Source: Deltaproteobacteria bacterium (GTDB lineage: Bacteria > Desulfobacterota > Binatia > UBA12015). Taken from it: a DNA stretch of 53,072 bases. Positions 51,196 to 53,072 of this stretch are shown here, in pieces (position 1 is the first letter of the stretch; each line of letters starts with the position of its first letter). Location: assembly GCA_046583355.1 (NCBI GenBank), contig JAYGCM010000031.1, forward strand, positions 1 through 53,072. Direction: 5' to 3'. A program made the translations under genes and the position numbers. The notes below the pieces were generated by a model. It was not told where the DNA came from. It ran no database searches and saw only the letters and a list, made by a program, of their open reading frames with translations.

Positions 51196-51980
51196 AGGTG
51201 GCCGGCGAAATCCGCGTCGAGAAAGAGGGCGCGTTGGGTTGGGTCATCATCGACCACGAGGTGCGCCGCAACGCGATCACCGCGGCCATGTGGCAGGCGA
51301 TCCCAACCGCAATTGCCGAGCTTGCCGGCGATGACGCCATCCGGGTGGTGGTGTTGCGCGGTGCCGGCGAGACCGCCTTTGTCTCCGGCGCCGATATCTC
51401 CGAGTTCGGCGAGCTGCGCACGGGCGACGCCGCGAAGGCCTACGATGTTGCCAATAGCGCGGCATTCACGGCCATTGTCGAGTGTCCCAAGCCCGTGATC
51501 GCGATGATTCACGGCTTCTGCGTCGGCGGCGGTGCGGCGCTCTCGCTGAAATGCGATCTGCGCTACACGGCGGACGATGGCGTCTTCGCCATTCCCGCCG
51601 CGCGTCTGGGTCTCGGCTACTCGGCCGCACTGCAGGAGTCGCTGGTGGCAACCGTTGGCTTGGCGTCGGCCAAGGAGATCTTTTTCACCGCGCGCCGCTT
51701 CAAGGCCGCCGATGCTCTGCGTCTGGGCATGGTCAACGAAGTGCTGCCCAAGGCCGAACTCGAGGCCTATGTGCGGCGGGTGGCCGAGGGCATCGCCGCC
51801 AACGCACCGCTTACCTTACGGGCCGGCAAGCTCATGCAGAACCAACTCGCCGGGCCAGAAGGCAAACGCGACCGTGCCGCGTGGTCGGCTGCGACCGACG
51901 CCTGCTACGCCAGCGAAGACTACCAGGAAGGCGTGCGCGCTTTTCTGGCCAAGCGCCCGCCCGTATTCCGCGGCTGCTAG
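51192..51980 (+). CDS. Enoyl-CoA hydratase/isomerase family protein
   Basis: RRNAI, AFVSGADISEF, KPVIAMIHGFCVGGG, PAARLGLGY and EDYQEGVRAF motifs. Confidence 0.93.
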   Translation: MKVAGEIRVEKEGALGWVIIDHEVRRNAITAAMWQAIPTAIAELAGDDAIRVVVLRGAGETAFVSGADISEFGELRTGDAAKAYDVANSAAFTAIVECPKPVIAMIHGFCVGGGAALSLKCDLRYTADDGVFAIPAARLGLGYSAALQESLVATVGLASAKEIFFTARRFKAADALRLGMVNEVLPKAELEAYVRRVAEGIAANAPLTLRAGKLMQNQLAGPEGKRDRAAWSAATDACYASEDYQEGVRAFLAKRPPVFRGC

Positions 51981-52240
51981 AGGCGGTCGGATGCAGGCCT
52001 ACTTTTCTGGCCACTGGTCTGCGTCACGCTCTCTCCCAATGGCTACGGCCGTTGCTCGGTCGCGTTCCTTGCCAGCTGCCGCAATCGACGCCCTCTGTGC
52101 AAAGCCCTACTTTTCGGCCGTGCCTCTAGGGGAAGCCTCCTGATTTTCGCATGCTTGCGGACCTCCGCAGCACTCCTCCACGAGTCGCGTCTGCTCTTCC
52201 TATGGCATCGGGTGGCCCGCTTCCCGTAGAACCAAGGGCG

Positions 52241-53072
52241 ATGCAGGGCGAAACACGGCGCGCCTTTCGGCTGCTCTTCCTTTGTCTGGTGAGCACCGGA
52301 ATGGGGCAGGCAATGCTTTTCGCCATTCTGCCGCCGGCGGCGCGTGAGATCGGGCTCTCGCCGGTGCAGGTCTCCACAATTTTCGTTGTATCGGCGGTTT
52401 TCTGGGCGTTGATGAGCCCACGCTGGGGGCGGCTCAGCGATCGCGTCGGGCGGCGTCGGATCATTCTGATCGGCTTGTTGGGCTATGCGGCCTCGATGAT
52501 TCTGCTTGCCGGCGTGATCGGCCTCACGCTCGAGGGCGTGTGGGCGGCCAGCGTGGCGTGGCCGGCAATGATCGCGGCGCGTTGTGTCTTCGGGATCTTC
52601 GGCTCCGCCGCGCCGCCGGCCTCGCAAGCCTTCGTGGCCGACCGCACGAGCCCTGAAGACCGCGCGGCCGGTGTGGCCCTGATCAACGCGGCCTTCGGCG
52701 TCGGCCAGACGCTCGGCCCGGCCATCGGTGCGGCGCTCGCCGTCTTCGGCCTGCTGGCGCCGATTTATTTCTCGGCCTTGCTGGCGATCGTGAGCGCTCT
52801 GGTGATCTTCTTCGGCCTTCCCGAGTCGAAAGCGGAGTTGCCTGATCCCGAGCGCCCGCGTCCGCGGCTCCGTCTTTTCGATGCGCGCATCCGCCCGTTT
52901 TTCCTGTTGCAGATTTTCATGCAATCCGTGCGCGCCGTCACCATGATCACGCTCGCCTTCTTCTTGCAGGATCAACTCGGCCTGGACCCCGACCAGACCG
53001 GCCAATACGCCGGCATCGGTTTCATGGTGCTCGCGATGGCCGGCCTGGTATCGCAACTTTTCATTGTGCAGC
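52241..53072 (+). CDS. MFS transporter (DHA1/TetA-like), truncated by the window end
   Basis: Absent from the ORF track because there is no stop. Reading from ATG 52241 gives MQGETRRAFRLLFLCLVSTGMGQAMLFAILPP, motif A WGRLSDRVGRR and motif C GQTLGPAIG. Confidence 0.9.
   Translation, partial: MQGETRRAFRLLFLCLVSTGMGQAMLFAILPPAAREIGLSPVQVSTIFVVSAVFWALMSPRWGRLSDRVGRRRIILIGLLGYAASMILLAGVIGLTLEGVWAASVAWPAMIAARCVFGIFGSAAPPASQAFVADRTSPEDRAAGVALINAAFGVGQTLGPAIGAALAVFGLLAPIYFSALLAIVSALVIFFGLPESKAELPDPERPRPRLRLFDARIRPFFLLQIFMQSVRAVTMITLAFFLQDQLGLDPDQTGQYAGIGFMVLAMAGLVSQLFIVQ

Noticed and set aside
51998..52115. Repeated CCTACTTTTC at 51998 and 52106 in the gap before the MFS gene
   Set aside because: Two short copies 108 nt apart with no array, terminal inverted repeats or cas genes; not a CRISPR or a MITE.
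52043..53056. 337-aa minus-strand ORF at the window end
   Set aside because: It is the antisense shadow of the plus-strand MFS transporter starting at 52241.

Overview
A GC-rich, gene-dense bacterial chromosomal segment. The gene content (ftsZ followed by a TIGR03960-like radical SAM gene, speA, an 11-subunit nuo operon) suggests a deltaproteobacteria-like lineage such as Binatota or Myxococcota; this is inference, not a database result. I found no rRNA, tRNA, CRISPR array, transposase or integrase. In order, the window holds: the 3' end of ftsZ with a terminator, a radical SAM gene and acpS, an EEP-family hydrolase, a phasin-like gene converging on a tandem ArsA/GET3-like ATPase pair, a beta-barrel porin divergent from a BtuFCD-like ABC importer, nuoABCDHIJKLMN (no nuoEFG), a split glutaminase + NadE pair, rsmI, hspQ, a NodIJ-like exporter, mtaB, a cold-shock gene, speA, a GT2-methyltransferase fusion, nadA, a PA0069-type radical SAM gene with possible LexA-like direct repeats, an LLM oxidoreductase, a B12 radical SAM gene, two tandem GT-C (ArnT/PMT-like) paralogs, a DUF218 gene, a three-gene sulfonate operon, and then PP2C, an alpha/beta-hydrolase lipoprotein, a histidine phosphatase, a small charged protein, TauD, YqeY, an enoyl-CoA hydratase and a truncated MFS transporter. 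The best candidate for an undescribed system is the operon at 42840-46572: an ATP-grasp ligase, an argininosuccinate-lyase-fold enzyme with a remodelled active site, and phosphosulfolactate synthase (ComA). The last two resemble the first two steps of bacterial coenzyme M synthesis (XcbB/XcbC, giving sulfoacrylate). Here they are paired with an amide-forming ligase instead of the rest of the CoM pathway and sit next to envelope-modification genes. All product calls come from motif recognition by eye.
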